A stretch of 64,000 nt of DNA from Prorocentrum cordatum. Taxonomy: Eukaryota. The stretch spans positions 62,001-126,000 of the forward strand of contig CAUYUJ010000048.1 of assembly GCA_963575745.1 (NCBI GenBank), given 5' to 3'. Of the stretch, positions 1-12,899 are shown one piece after another. Positions within the stretch are counted from its first letter, which is position 1, and the number at the start of each line of letters is the position of its first letter. Under the pieces are notes generated by a model. The model ran no database searches. It was not told the origin of the DNA and saw only the letters and a program-made list of their open reading frames with translations. A program made the translations under genes and the position numbers.

Positions 1-2716
1 CCCCGACCTACACTCATCTGTCCTCCGGCCCTACTCTGCTCTTCTTCCTCCGCCTCCCCCTCCCCACTCACACCTCTCTGTCCCGCTCAGTCTTCCCCCC
101 CGACGGCAGGCGAGCGGGAGGAGTGGGAACGGGAGGGGAGGAGGTGGAGGAGGAGGAGGAGGAGGAGGAGGACTTTGTTCCCCCTTGTCGAGGGAGCGCA
201 GCCACGGATCAAGGCGCGTGGGTTCTCAACGGGCCCCGCTCCTGTGCCTAAGCGACGGGCTCCGTCGCCCAGCCAGGCGGTACCGGCGCCATATTCTGGG
301 GGGTAATTGCCTTCCCTGTCCTGGGACCCGCCGCCCGCGGGCCGGATCCACGGATCTCTCACCCATGCTGCAGTCATCCCGCAGAGGAAGGATGAGCAAC
401 TCTCCGAGGCTACCCTGGCATCCTTCCCGTCGGCCATCCTGGGTCGCCTTCGCTGGCCGCGCCCTGCTCGCAGAGTGCTGACATGGCCCTCCAGGGCCGT
501 TGCATCCTCATCGTGCGTCCTTAGTATACGGGTTGTCTGTACGTCGGCGGGGAGCGAGAGGGGGGAAATGACAAAGAGAACGCCGTCTCAGAAGGCGGCG
601 GGACTTCTCAGAAGCCCCGCGGCCTTTTGTGAGAAGGTTCCTGTGTCTTTGGGGGAAGCTGTAAAACAACTTCTCAGACGGCTGTGGGGGACTTCCGAGC
701 CTTCTGAGAAGACCTCCCCCTTCTCACGTTATCCCCTCGCTCGTCGCCGAGTACCGTGTGCCCAACGCCTCTCGTCGTCCTCTTCCTCCTCCTCCTCCTC
801 CTCCTCCTCCTCTTCCTCCTCATCGTCCTCGTCCTCCTCCTCCTCCTTCTTTTCCTCCTCCTCGTCCTCCTCTTCCTCCTCCTCCTGCTCCTGCTCCTCC
901 TCCTCCGCCCCCCCCCCCCCCTCCGCCTCCTCCGCCCCCCATCCCTTCCCCGCCGAGAGGCGCCGCCGGCCGGGAGCGCCCTCCGGGCCGTCGCCTCGAC
1001 GGCGTCGGCCGCGCCCTCGGCCCAATCGGCCCGGCGGAGGAGCCGGCACAGCATCGGTGCCTCGAGCTCGGGGCGCGGACCTCATCGGGGTCCTCCCCCA
1101 TTGCTCCTCCTCCTCCTCCTGCTCCTCCTCGTCCTCCTCCCTCTCCTCCTCCTCCTCCTCCTCCTCCTCCTCCTCCTCCTCCCTCCTCCTCCTCCTCGTC
1201 CTCCTCCTCCTCCTCGTTATCCTCCTCCCCCTCATTCTCCTCCTCCTCCTCCTCCTCCTCCTCGTTATCCTCCTCCCCCTCATTCTCCTCCTCCTCCTTC
1301 TCCTCCTCCTCCATCGGGCCGGCGGAGGGGCCGGCCCCCAGCCAGCGGGTGTCGCGGGAGGGGGATCGTGTTAGTTCGAGCCCACTTCGGCCCCAATTCG
1401 ACTCAGTTCCGACTCATGCATGTTCGACGCAAGCTCGGGTCATGTTCGGCTCGAGTCGGCGGATGTTCGAGGCAGCATCGGCGCATGAATGGAGCGAGTG
1501 GCTCTCGGAAGGTCCCCATACCGAGTCTTCTTCTGCCGAAATCTTGTAGCCGCAACCTGTCGGGTGGGCAAAACGGGCCCCAGTGAAGGGTTCAGACCTC
1601 CAGGGGTTCGCGTTGTGAAAAAATCGCGAGGTCGAGGCTCTGGGCGATAATCTTAACCGAAGTTCGAGGGTCGACGATTTCGGTTGTGCTTTGCCTCTTT
1701 CGGGCGTCTGGGATCGTTCTCGTCGCCGTTTTTGGCGGACCGCGGCAATCCGACGAATAACACAGCTACATGAGCGTAAGCCTTCAGAAGTTCGCGACGG
1801 CTTCTTGGATCTGCGCTGGCGCTGGCTCGCCCTCTCAGGGCGCGCGAAGCTCGGCAGTGCCGGAGTCGGAGGCGCCGCCAGGGCGGTCCAACGCCGAACC
1901 AGGAAATCCATGCAGACCTGAGATTCTGCGTAAAGAGATCACTCTGGCAGTGACGGCGGCAATCCTAACATCAACACGGAGTACCCATACCCCATCGCGC
2001 CGTGATCTTAGTAGGATAAGCCAGTCCCAGGGAAGGGGCCAGAACCTCTGGGAGGCCACGCTGTGGAATAATCTTGGCGTCGGAGGCCAATCTCAACAGC
2101 AAGATGGGGCAACGTCCCAAGCCATACGAGGTGGGACGTGCCAGGCAATCTAGCCAGCCAGCCCCACTCTTGTAAAGGAGAGTGGAGAGGCATGCATCCA
2201 GGACACGGCCAGGTGTTGCCTAAGGTGACCTTGGCCCAAGGTGATCCCTGCTTTTCCAGGGATGCCCAGATCTCCCGGGCTGTCTCCTGAGCACCACTCG
2301 CTAGGCCAAGAAGGCCCCAGTGGGTTGCAAAGGGGCGCGAAAAGCGGGGTGCACCTTGGGCCAGGATCACCTCAGCCTCCGACAGACGGGGTCTGCCTAC
2401 CCTCGCCGGCAGCGCAGAGAGCAGGGGAGCGGGTAGAAAAGCGGCGATCGCGCCGCGCCCCGAATGACTGCCGGTTGGACTCCAGCGGGCAGCGAATACA
2501 GACGGATGTGCTCTAGTAGAAAAGCCCGGCCGCACTCCGCCAGCGAACTTCGAGGTGTTGGCGTCGGTGTTTTGGGTCACCGCGCCGTTGTTGGTCAGAT
2601 CTGCCCAGGGAGGGGACCGAAACCCACGCGCGCTCCCCGCATCCGAGCGCCGCCCTCCGAGCGCCGCTGCCGTCGAACACTGGACTTCCACGCGCAAAGG
2701 CGTCATCCGCCTTGTT

Positions 2717-3016
2717 TTAAGTCGGGCATGTCCCTCAACAGAAGGAATGTCCAATAATAGTTCAAACATAGTCAGGGATTTTTTCTAATTGCAGTCAGCC
2801 CACATGGTAAGGATGGGCAGATATCCCAAGAGTACCCGTGCATCCTTGCCTCTTCGGTTCATCCTTGGCCACTTTCGTTAACCGCGCCCCGCTCGGAAAG
2901 CTTCGAAATGGCCTTCCAAGGCCCTTGCATCCTTCTCGCTCATCCTTCTGATACGGGCCGACTGTATGTTTGAATTCTTTGTATTTGTCGTCTGTAGGAG
3001 GACATGCCCGATCTAA
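2717..3016. mobile_element. hAT-like MITE, family A
   Basis: TIR ttaagtcgggcatgtcc...ggacatgcccgatctaa with exact 8-bp TSD gccttgtt. Confidence 0.85.
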
Positions 3017-3206
3017 GCCTTGTTGGTCTTGGGCACCCGAGGGTTTATCTTCCCCCTGTTCGGCCCTTTCCCGCGTGGCGGCCCGTGTCTGGACTGTTCC
3101 GCCACGCACCGGGGGTGCACAGGAAAAGCCAGCCTGGCACAACCCGGAGGAGGAAACCATGCAGTCAACCCGCATAGTGAGGATCAGCCACTTTCCAAGG
3201 CTACCC

Positions 3207-5032
3207 GTACGTCGGGCGTGTCCCTCTACAGGAGGAAGATTCAAACATAGTAAAAAATAGTCGGGGGACGATGTTTCGATTATGTTTCGACTATTTTGGT
3301 GCATGTTTGGATTGTTTGTTCCTTTACATCGCAAGTGGGGTTCTTGTTTTCTCTGCACCCCCCCGCGCAGGATAACACACCCTCCTCTCTCTCACACACA
3401 CACACACTTATCACCATCAACATCAGGAGCATCATCACCACATCATCATCAACATCAGTAGCATCATCACCATCACTCACTCACTCACTCACTCACTCAC
3501 TCACTCATTCAATCCCACTTACTCCTTCACTCATCATCATCATCATCATCACAATCATCATCGTCACCACTCACACACTCACTGACACTCACATCCACTC
3601 ACACACAGACCATCTTGATCACCTTGACCATCACTCGATCACACACTTACTCACCCACTCAGTTATCACCTACATCATCCTCATCATCATCACTCATTCA
3701 GTCACTCACTCACCCACTCATTCGCTAGCTTGGATATGGGGGAGGTATCAGGCGGGAGGCTCCTCTGTGAGTGAATTGCGATGAAGTCTCAGGCTGGAGC
3801 CCTCTCACTATGGGGCCTGCATTTCACATTTTTAATCCGAGCGGGTCGTCCTCGAACTTGTAAATGTCGTCACTTTTGGGCTCCTGAGGCCTGAATATGG
3901 GTTAAGTATCAGGCGGGAGGCACGTCTGTGAGTGAAGTGCGAGGAAGTCTCAGGCGGGAGCCCTCTCCCTATGGGGCCCGGGCGGTATGTTTTTAATCCG
4001 ATCGGGTCATCCTGGAACCTGTAATTGTCGTCACTTTTGGGCTCCTGAGACCTGAATATCGGGGAAATATCAGGCGGGAGGCTGGTCTGTGAGTGAATTG
4101 CGAGGACTTCTCAGGCGGGAGCCCCCTCCCTATGGGGCCCGCACTTCATTTTTAATCCGAGTGGGTCATCCTCGAACCCGTAACTGTCGTCACTTCGAGG
4201 CTCCCGAGGCCTGCATTTAGAGGAAGTGTCAGGCGGGGGGCTTCGTCTGTGAGTGAGCTGTGAGGAGGGAACCCCCTCTCTATGCGCTCTTCAGAGTGCG
4301 ACTCGCCCGACCCATCCGGTGAGGAGGAAGGGGAGGATCAGGAGGTGAGGGCGACGACGGCGGCCGGGCGCAGGGGGAGACCCCTGCGTCCGGGCCGGGG
4401 GTCGTGACCCATCCTCAGTCAAGGCGGGGACAGGGGGAGAGCCTTGCTGCCGGGCTGGCGGTAGTACATCGTCAGCCGAGAGAAGGCGCTCGAGAAGTTC
4501 GATGAAAAAAGCGGAGAGCTCCAGGGATGAGGCCGAACAGCTCGCCGCAGAGTTTGGCTTCGTGCTGCCTCCCGCCTGAGCGCGGCCGTGACTAGCTCGG
4601 TGCCTACGGGGTTGTCCTAACGGCTTGCTCCCGCGCCCCAGCGGCTCGCGCGGTTGCCCCAACGGCCTAGCTCACTGGGTTGTCCCAGCGGCCGCGCGAC
4701 GCAGCCATTCGAGAATGCGCCCGCGCTGGCCGAGGCGGCGATGGCGTCGAGGAAAATCGGCGTGCGCGCTCTTGCAATAGACAGGAGAGGAGGTGGTGGG
4801 TGACGAAACAAACAACAGGAGGGCAGGGCAAGGGCAACGCGGGTAGCGGGTGAGGGCCGTGCGCCAGGGCGAGAATGATAATGACGCAGAGAAGACATAT
4901 TAAGGGAGCCTCAGTAATCGCGAGGACTACGCTGGCAGTTACTTCCACACTCGCCGAAAGTATTTTTGTGTAGGGTCTTTCCGCCGGAGTAATTTATTTC
5001 CTTGCGGCTGTAGGAGGACATGCCCGATCTAA
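3207..5032. mobile_element. Family A MITE inflated to 1.8 kb by internal insertions
   Basis: Same TIRs with exact 8-bp TSD ggctaccc (3199-3206 and 5033-5040). Confidence 0.8.
3735..4290. repeat. ~161-bp tandem repeat, ~3.5 copies
   Basis: tatcaggcgggaggc...gtgagtgaa recurs near 3746, 3907, 4068 and 4227. Confidence 0.85.
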
Positions 5033-6624
5033 GGCTACCCTTACATCCTGGCCCCTTTCGGTCCATCCTTTGGAATTTTCGCTGGTCCACCTCGTTCGAA
5101 AAAAGTTGGCTCTGCCCTTCAAGGCCTTCTTATCCTTGCCCCGCATTGCATACTTATTGTACGGGTTGATTGGACCGACGCCGAAGCCCATCCCCAGTTG
5201 TCCCCTCTGTCGGCCTCCTGGGAGCCCCCTTCGTCGTCATGGCTGGGTTCGCTCCAGGATCCTGGCCCGAACGCGCCCCGGAAGAGGTCTGGCAGAGTAG
5301 TGGTACCTGTATCTGCGAGTGCCCCTGAATATCGAAAAGGGAAAAAGGGGACATCACGTACAGTCGGACCGAGGTAGAAGGTCGAGATCGGTTCGGGGAG
5401 GGCGCCGTAATGCTCTTCGTGTGTTTGTTGGGTGTTCGTGTGCGTCCTGGGGGGGGGGCCCTCGAGCGTTTTTCGTTCTAGCTGCCGGACGGTCTCATGT
5501 TCTCGAGTGGTGCTTTTCCGGCCCAGGTCCGACGGCAGTGGTATCTGTAACGGATCCCGCTCCTCCGAGGATCGGACCGGGGAGCAGGTGGCCATGACGT
5601 CCAGCCACAGCCCGAGCGACGCAAGCGTCGGAGGTCCGCGCAGAAAGTGCTCGGGGCCGGTGCCCCACCGCCCCCCCCCACCTAACCATCCCTCCCCCGG
5701 CGTGCGGAGCGTACCAGGGGGCGGCGCCGGAGGCGCCGCTTGGGGCGTGTGGGGGCATCTCTGTGGCCACGTGCGATCCCAGACCCCCTCGAGTCAAGGA
5801 AAAATCACGACGGGAGGTTGTATATATTTTCGTCCCCTGGGGGCCCTTACCGGGCTTCGGGGCCGTCAAAAAACGATTCAGGATGAAGAGCCAGTGCCGG
5901 GGAAGGGCTCCAGACCTTTGGGGGTCGCGACGTCGGGAGTTTGGGATCCCTGCCCCCGCCCCCGACGAGTTCTGAGGGGGTGGGGGGGGGTGCACTTCGT
6001 TCGGGAGCTCCGGAGTGGAGCGACCCCCCCCCTTCCCCTCCTCAGGATTCGCGAGGGGTGGAGGCAGGGTTCACGTGTGGCCCCTTGGTAGAAGGGGCCC
6101 ACGGCGCCAGCACAAGAGATCTGCCCGAACCGCCGGGATTTCATGCTTAATTCGAAAGTTTCAGCTGTGTTGGCGGTTCTTTAACACAGAGGCTATGATG
6201 TTTCAAGCTACTTTAGTTTTGAACACCAGAAAGACCTTCGAGTACCAAGATCGTACTGGAATTGGAGGAATTTCACGTGTCGGGACCTGGCAGGCAATAC
6301 TCGTTCGACACTGTTCCGATACTTTTCTGGGTGCTCGAAATTATTTCTGGGATGTGGTGTTGAAGTGCGATGGGAACAACATGATACCAGAGAACACACC
6401 CAATCATAATGTTTGTAGGGCTATAGGGCTATGGGCTGTAGGGCTACAGGGCTATGAGGCTCTGGGGCTATAGGGCTATAAGGCGATAGGGCCATGGGGC
6501 TATAGGCCTACAGGCTTACCTGGCACCTTGGCACCCTGGCGGTGCTGCCGAGGTCGGCGCCCCACCTCACCTGACCATATTAATCCGCTATGGCCCCTAC
6601 AGGGGCAAGCTCTGATTGGGGAAA

Positions 6625-6712
6625 ATAGGTTTAAAAAATAGTCTGGGGACGATTTTTCTACCATTTTTGAAGATTTCTGGAATAGTTTTGTTGGGAGACA
6701 CGCCCGACCTGA
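6625..6712. mobile_element. Family A MITE, truncated (right half)
   Basis: Internal atagtctggggacgat motif and right TIR gacacgcccgacct. Confidence 0.6.
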
Positions 6713-7246
6713 GACAGGGGGGGTAATAACAAAAGACCTTCCTCGGGCCCATCCTGGCGCGGGTTCTGCCCAGCATGCCGCAAAGGGCGGGCCTCAGCGG
6801 GCAAGCTCTGATTGGGGAACTGTGCAGGGGAGATGTCGCGGCGCGCCCCCCTCCTGGCGGGTGGTCCGCATCGTCGGCGCACTGCCTCGGCGATTCGATT
6901 CGGAGCGGGGGGGGGGGCCGCGGCCTCGGTGGTGGGAGCCGCGGTCCGCCGTTGCCAGGCCAGGCCCTCCTCGCCCCCCCCCCCCCCCCCCTCCCTCCCT
7001 CCTTCCCTGACCTCCTCGCCCCTCCTCGCCCCTCCCCTCCTCGCCCTTCCTCCCCTCCCTCCCCTCCCCTCCTCGCCCCTCCTCGCCCCTCCCCTCCTCG
7101 CCCTTCCTCCCTTCCCTCCTCGCCCCTCCTCGCCCCTCCCCTCCTCGCCCCTCCTCCTGCCTGAGTGGGCGCGGAGGGCTCGCAGAGTTTTCCCCCCCGT
7201 CCCGTCGGACAAGAAGGGCGGAAGGCGGGACTTCTCGGGACCACGC

Positions 7247-7407
7247 TTAAGTCGGGCGTGTCCCTCTACAGGGGGAGTCTATTCAAAACTAGTCAAAAAA
7301 TAGTCTGGGGACGACTGTTATATTTTTTTAATATTTGTTCATTATTTGTTTGCCTATGTTTGATTTGTCGTCCAACATCCGCCTGTAGGGGGACACGCCC
7401 GACCTAA
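7247..7407. mobile_element. Family A MITE
   Basis: ttaagtcgggcgtgtccctctacagg...cctgtagggggacacgcccgacctaa, flanked by a 70-bp duplication. Confidence 0.85.
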
Positions 7408-8056
7408 GGCTAGCAGAGTTCTCCTTCCCGTCCCGTCGGACTGGAAGGGCGGAGGGCGGGACTTCTCGGGGCCACGCGCTCAATGTCTGGGGAAACGTCA
7501 GACTCGAGTGAGCCAGAACTTGGGTTAGCCGGCGTTTTTTGACGAGCGCGCCCTGAGTTTTGACGGTCCAGTGTTCGTGGGATGCTTGCAGCGGGAGCCC
7601 GCGTCAAGTGTCGGCTTGGACCTCGTCGTTTTTATGGTTGGCCCCGTCAGGGCAACCCGAGTCCCCCGTACCCGAGTCTGACGTCTCCCCGATCAATGTG
7701 TGTGTGTGTGTGTGTGTGGGACGATGGCGGGCGGCGGCGGCGACGAAGGCGGCGACAACGGCGGACGCCAATTGGGGCGGCGACGACAACGACGGACGAG
7801 GACGACGGCGAGAAACGAGGAGGAGGAGGAGGAGGAGGAGGAGGAGGAGTGAATGCGCGTGTGTTTGCGTTTCGGCTCCGGGGAGCGGCGCCAGACTTCG
7901 GAGCGCGCGGTGCGCTGCTTCTGCCTGCTCCCCCCGACCAGTGGGCGAGGCAGTGTGTCGAGTGCCTGCCTGCGGGGTCGCAGCGGATGGTGCGGGCACG
8001 CTGGCTTCACAGAGTGTTGTACGGTGGGCGAGCGTCGTTCTAGCGAGCCCTCTGCA

Positions 8057-8167
8057 GGAACGCCCTCCCGGCCCGCGAGGGCGCCCGCGACCGGGCCCCA
8101 CAGGGGAAGGAGGGAGCCGACACTGAGCAGAGCTGTCGCGTCGCGGGACCAGCTGCATCCTCGAGAG
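8057..8167 (+). CDS. Possible upstream AKR exon (...EPTLSRAVASRDQLHPRE)
   Basis: Non-repetitive open stretch ending GAG|gc in phase 0, compatible with the exon at 8380. No motif support and the 5' boundary is a guess. Confidence 0.25.
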
Positions 8168-8379
8168 GCTCGCCGGGCGCGTTCTCTCTCTCTTTGTTGT
8201 TTGTTCTCTCTCTCTCTCTCTCTTAATTCATGTAGGTTTTTTTGTTATCTCTCTCTCTCTCTTTTGTTGTTTTTGTTCTCTCTCTCTCTCTCTCTCCCTC
8301 CCCAGCCCCCAACACATGTAAAAGCGTCAGTGTCAAGAGCGTCCAGTGGCCTTGGTGTATCCAAGCATTGCTCGCTGAG

Positions 8380-8476
8380 GCCAGCTCGCTCGCCGACGGG
8401 GTCGCGCTCCCGAGTGGTGCGATCATGCCAGTGGCGGGGTTCGGGACCTACAAGCTGAAAGACGACGAGGTGGCAG
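8380..8476 (+). CDS. Aldo-keto reductase, first recognised exon (ASSLADGVALPSGAIMPVAGFGTYKLKDDEVA)
   Basis: AKR N-terminal LxxGxxMPxxGFGT motif. AG|G acceptor at 8378-8379, GC donor at 8477. Joins in frame (phase 1) to 42654. Start codon and upstream exons not established. Confidence 0.85.
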
Positions 8477-10740
8477 GCCCGCGGGAGGGGCGAGGTGGCG
8501 GCGGCTGAGGAGAGTGATGACGAGGAGCAGGGGGATGACGATGAGGAGGAGGAGGAGGAGGAGGCGGAGGAGGAGCAGGAGGAGGAGGAGGAGGAGGAGG
8601 AGGAGGAGGAGGAGGAGGAGGAGGAGATGGAGGAGGAGGCGGAGGAGGAGATGGAGGAGGAGGAGGAGGAGGAGGAGGAGGAGGCGGAGGCCCTCCTGCA
8701 TGGAGGATGATGACGGCGAGGAGGGGGAGGACGGCGAGGAGGATGATGAGGAGGACTAAGAGGACGACGAGGTGTGAGAGGGGGCTGCCACTCTCTTGTG
8801 AAGTCGCATGCATGTGTGAACACACTGGACATTGGCCTCGAGGGACTTGCGCAGGAGGAGGATGAGGAATTCATGTGTTATTGCTCCCTTTTTCGAGCCT
8901 CCAAGAGGGCCCTCGCTGCTACAGCTGGAGTTCCATCGAATTGTGGTCGGGTCCCGCTCGGGAGGGGCCCTGAGGCCAAGTCTTAGGGCAGCGGGCGACG
9001 CGACGCCTGAGGGTGGATGAGAGGTAGGAGGAGGCGGAGGAGTAAGTGGAGGGGGCCCGTCGTATCAAGGCGTCGTGAATGTCCCCCTTCGGGCCCTGGG
9101 ACCTTGGGACCCTGAAGGGCCGACCTTGTCAAGAAACATCGCGCGCAATGGTCGGGTAGGGAGTTTGTTGACCAGTCTTATTATTCTAGTCGTTGTGCCT
9201 ATTCACGACGTCGGACTTCGGGCGCAATGACGAGCTCATGCACTCCGATTCGTGTCCGTCTTCTTCATCGAGCATCTGGTGTGCTGGAAGACATCGTTCA
9301 AACGTTCCAGGTGCACGCGGGAGGAGGACGCGGGATGAGTAGGAAGGAGGAACTTAGCAGGTGGAGGATAAATCGCATTTTAGGCAGCAGCGGAGGGAGG
9401 AAGAGGAAGAGGAGGAGGACGAATTGCGGAGTGGTAGGATGAGATGGAGGACTTTGCAGAGAGTTATGAGGAGGAGGAGGAAGGGGAGGAGGATGTGGAG
9501 GAGGAGGAGGAGGAGGAGGAGGAGAAGAAGAGGAGGAGGAGGAGGAGGAGGAGGAGGAGGAGGAGGGAGGAGGGGAGGAGTAGGAAGGGGAGGAGGAGGA
9601 GGAGGAGGAGGAGGAGGAGGAGGAGGAGGAGGAGGAGGAGGCGGAGGAGAGATGCCGACTCGGGGGGGAGGGCCGAGCGCGCGTCTTCCTGGGCCGCCCG
9701 TGGGGAGGGCCGCGCTGCGCGCCTCGTGCCCTGGGCCGCAGCGGCGAGGCATCCCCTCCGTCACTGCTGCGGGCCCTGGACGCCCACTGCGAAGCTTCTC
9801 GAGCGGGGCGCGGCCAACGCATTGGGCCACATGAAGATGCTTCGGCCTGGAGACGGTAACGCTGGTAACGCGGCGGGGCTCGCCGCAGGCGGTTGGATAC
9901 AGACCGATAGCCACCTGCGCCGCCAGCGAGATGCGCAAGCCCAGGGGCCCATACCTGCGAGAAGCCAACAACAGTTCGGAGGTTGCAAGTGGTGGCCCTG
10001 GCCCAAGGTGCCGTCACCTTTCCTCGTTCCATTTGGGAGTCACCGGGGCCGTCTGGGGCCTTGTGAAGTGCGATCGGAACCCATATGGACCCCCCTGAAA
10101 ACATGGGGCCGCCTTGGGCCAGGGGCAATGCTGGCAACACCCGAACATTGGGCCACCGGAAAATGCTTCAGTCTGGAGATGGCCTCGGGCTCTGTTCTGG
10201 ATTGGCACCAGCAAGAGCAGGATGAGAAGGACGCGCGATGAGGACGCAAGGGCCTCGGAAGGCCACGTCGGAGCTTTTCGAGCGGCGGCGCGGCCAGCGA
10301 AAGTGGCCGAGGATGGGCCGAGGAGGCAAGGCTGCAAGGGTACCCCTGAGAAGGTTGCCTTACTATGCGGTGTGACCGTGCTGGCACATCGCGCCTGGGA
10401 CGCGGCGCAGGCGCCGGCGGTAGAGGTGAGGATGAGCAGCCGGTTCACCAGCCGCGATGGCCTTCGGGTCCTGGCGTGCCAACACAAACTCGAGACGGCC
10501 GGCCTTGCCTCATTTTCGGCCTCCGCAGGCCCGATGGCGGAACAAATGCGCGTCGGATGTGCGGGGGTGGTGCTGGAGGTGTTGGACAAGACGCATCTGC
10601 TATGCCCATGTGCCGCGCTCACGTGGAGCCCGATCTTCTGCATCCCAGCGTAGCCGCTGCATCGCTGATGGGCTGCGATCCCTCGTCTTCTGCGGCCCCG
10701 TTTGGGCAGCCTTCATGCCCTTTCCTGTGGGAGCTAAGTA

Positions 10741-10921
10741 CTCCGTATTCCATAATAAAGGTGGGGGGGTCACATTTTGGGGGGGGGTCTGATTTGAGCT
10801 GTCTTGGAGGGTTCGGGGGGGTCTGGGCAAAGGGCCGCCCGTTCATGGATAGTCTGGGGGGGTCTAAAACTTCTTGTCTGGGAGGGTTGTGACCCCCTCC
10901 CTTTTATTACGAAATCTGGAG
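10741..10921. mobile_element. Tc1/mariner-type (Stowaway-like) MITE
   Basis: ~33-bp imperfect TIR ctccgtattccataataaaggtgggggggtcac...gtgaccccctcccttttattacgaaatctggag with TA on both sides. Confidence 0.75.
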
Positions 10922-11145
10922 TAGATGGTTGAGGTAGATTGCCTGGAATGTGCCACCTTCTCGGCCACACCACGAGCCCATCCCGCTCATTCTCCACCGC
11001 TCCCTCATCTTGGGGGGCCACCGGCAGCGTGGGGCCGCCCACACATCGTTGGTCTCCTCTGTGTTGAGCCCCCCTCGGGGTGTGCAAGCTGCTGCTGGCG
11101 CACCGTGCCACCATTTCGACATGGACCCCGTCATCAACTAGAAAC

Positions 11146-11307
11146 TCAGGAGGGAACAAAACACACAGACACAATTAATCGGCGATTCCCTAGAACATAT
11201 TGGAAAATATGGGAAGTGGGGGGGAAGACAAAAACCCAGAAAATACGGAAAACATGGGGAATCATTTTGTTTGTGTGTATTTATTTGTGTGTCCTGGGGC
11301 CCCTTCA
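11146..11307. mobile_element. Family B short element, 5-bp TSD
   Basis: tcaggaggg...ccccttca flanked by gaaac/gaaac. Homologous to 41360-41524, ~51800-51970, ~62965-63115 and ~63905 onward. Confidence 0.8.
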
Positions 11308-11652
11308 GAAACAGCCGACCGCATTTTCATCCGATATCTTGATCCCCCGCAGTGCAAAGAAGATGGTCGCGCTTCGCTTCGTGGCGTGGTTTGGAGAGGC
11401 ATCCTTCCCAGGGGGCGGCGCAAGAGTGAGCGAGGATCGTCCAGCCGCCATGCCAGCCCAGCATTCTGGGTGGCGAGTGTGTGAGGGGGCATGGGAGCAG
11501 TCACGCATGACAGCTCGTGTCTTCAGGGTTGGGGGAGCCGTGGTGGGGATGATGAGCATTATGATGATGGGGATGATGGTGATGTTGATGTGATAGTTTT
11601 GTTGCTGATGATGATGGTGATGCTGATGACGACGATGATGACGCTGACGATC

Positions 11653-11852
<200 letters not shown>

Positions 11853-12009
11853 GGTGGTGGTGGTGGTGGTGGCGGTGGTGGTGGTGGTGGTGGTGGTGGT
11901 GTTGGTGGTGATGATGGTGGTGATGATGATGACGAGGCGGAGGAGGAGGCATAGCAGGAGGAGGAGGAGGAAGAGGAGGAGGAGGAGGAGGAGGAGGAGG
12001 AGGGAAGGC

Positions 12010-12680
12010 CGTCACATGTGACACCTGCCGTCTTCACTATTTGAGAAGCTCTCATGGAACTCCTCGTGGGGGTCTTGGGGCCCTCTTACGCCATCTTGGG
12101 GCTATTTGAGACTGTCTTGGGGCCATCTTGGCCGTATGGTGGGTGTCTGGGAGCCGGCGTCGTGGGGCTGTCTTGGCGCCGTCGAAGGGCCTTCTCAGAC
12201 CTTGTTGGGACCCAACGGAGGCTATCTGGGGCCTTCTTAGGGCCATCTTGGAATCCTATTGGGACCCTCTTGGGTCGTCTTGGGACCATCGTGGAGCTTT
12301 TGGGCTGGGCCGTCTTGATCTGACGGATGCCCGGAAAGGTGAGACTGCGAGAATCATGTAAAAACAGAACAGGAATCAATGATGATGGCTTCTTCGGACC
12401 CTGTTGGCGGTCCTCTTGTGGCCCTCAGTGGCCCTCTTGTAGGCATCTTGGGCCGCCTTGAGCCATCCTGGGCCGTCTTCGAGGCATCATGGGCCATCAT
12501 GGTTGCTTGGGTTGCATGCCTGGACCATCTTGGAAGCTCGGGACGAGGACTCATAGCTTTCACGAGGGATCGTGGCCTCGGGAGTGCGGATCCATTGCTT
12601 ATGCACATGGGATCGTGGCCTCGGGAGTAGAGGCGATGCACGCACCTGTCTGCGACTAGGGGAGAGGGGGTCCTTTATCA
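12010..12680 (+). repeat. Dispersed ~700-bp element (second copy ~59326-60095)
   Basis: Both copies start cgtcacatgtg(a/g)cac...gtcttca, have a gggccgtcttgg-rich body and end with two gatcgtggcctcgggag motifs. Confidence 0.7.
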
Positions 12681-12899
12681 TGGCGCCAACATCGCAGAGC
12701 GGACTTCGTTCGAAAAACGATCGGATGGTCCCGGAGTGTCCTGGAGAATTTCGTTCCGGATTTCGATGTGAATTTCGTGCGGATTCTTCTTGGCCTGGAA
12801 TGAAGACTAAAACAAATCCACGCGACATTCACTTCGTTTTCCACTCGCCGTTCCGGGGTTTTGCGTGGACAGAAGTCCATGCACAAATCCGCTGCAGCA

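Noticed and set aside
1040..1090. HRCLELGAR resembling a methyltransferase motif I exon
   Set aside because: The glycine motif is incomplete and no partner exons were found.
674..1586. Long poly-E/P/S/L/R ORFs here and at 8400-9900, 11300-12050, 14080-15050, 22000-24300, 29000-30500, 44500-47500, 57300-58400 and 62800-63900
   Set aside because: Translations of tri- and dinucleotide microsatellites, open in several frames on both strands.
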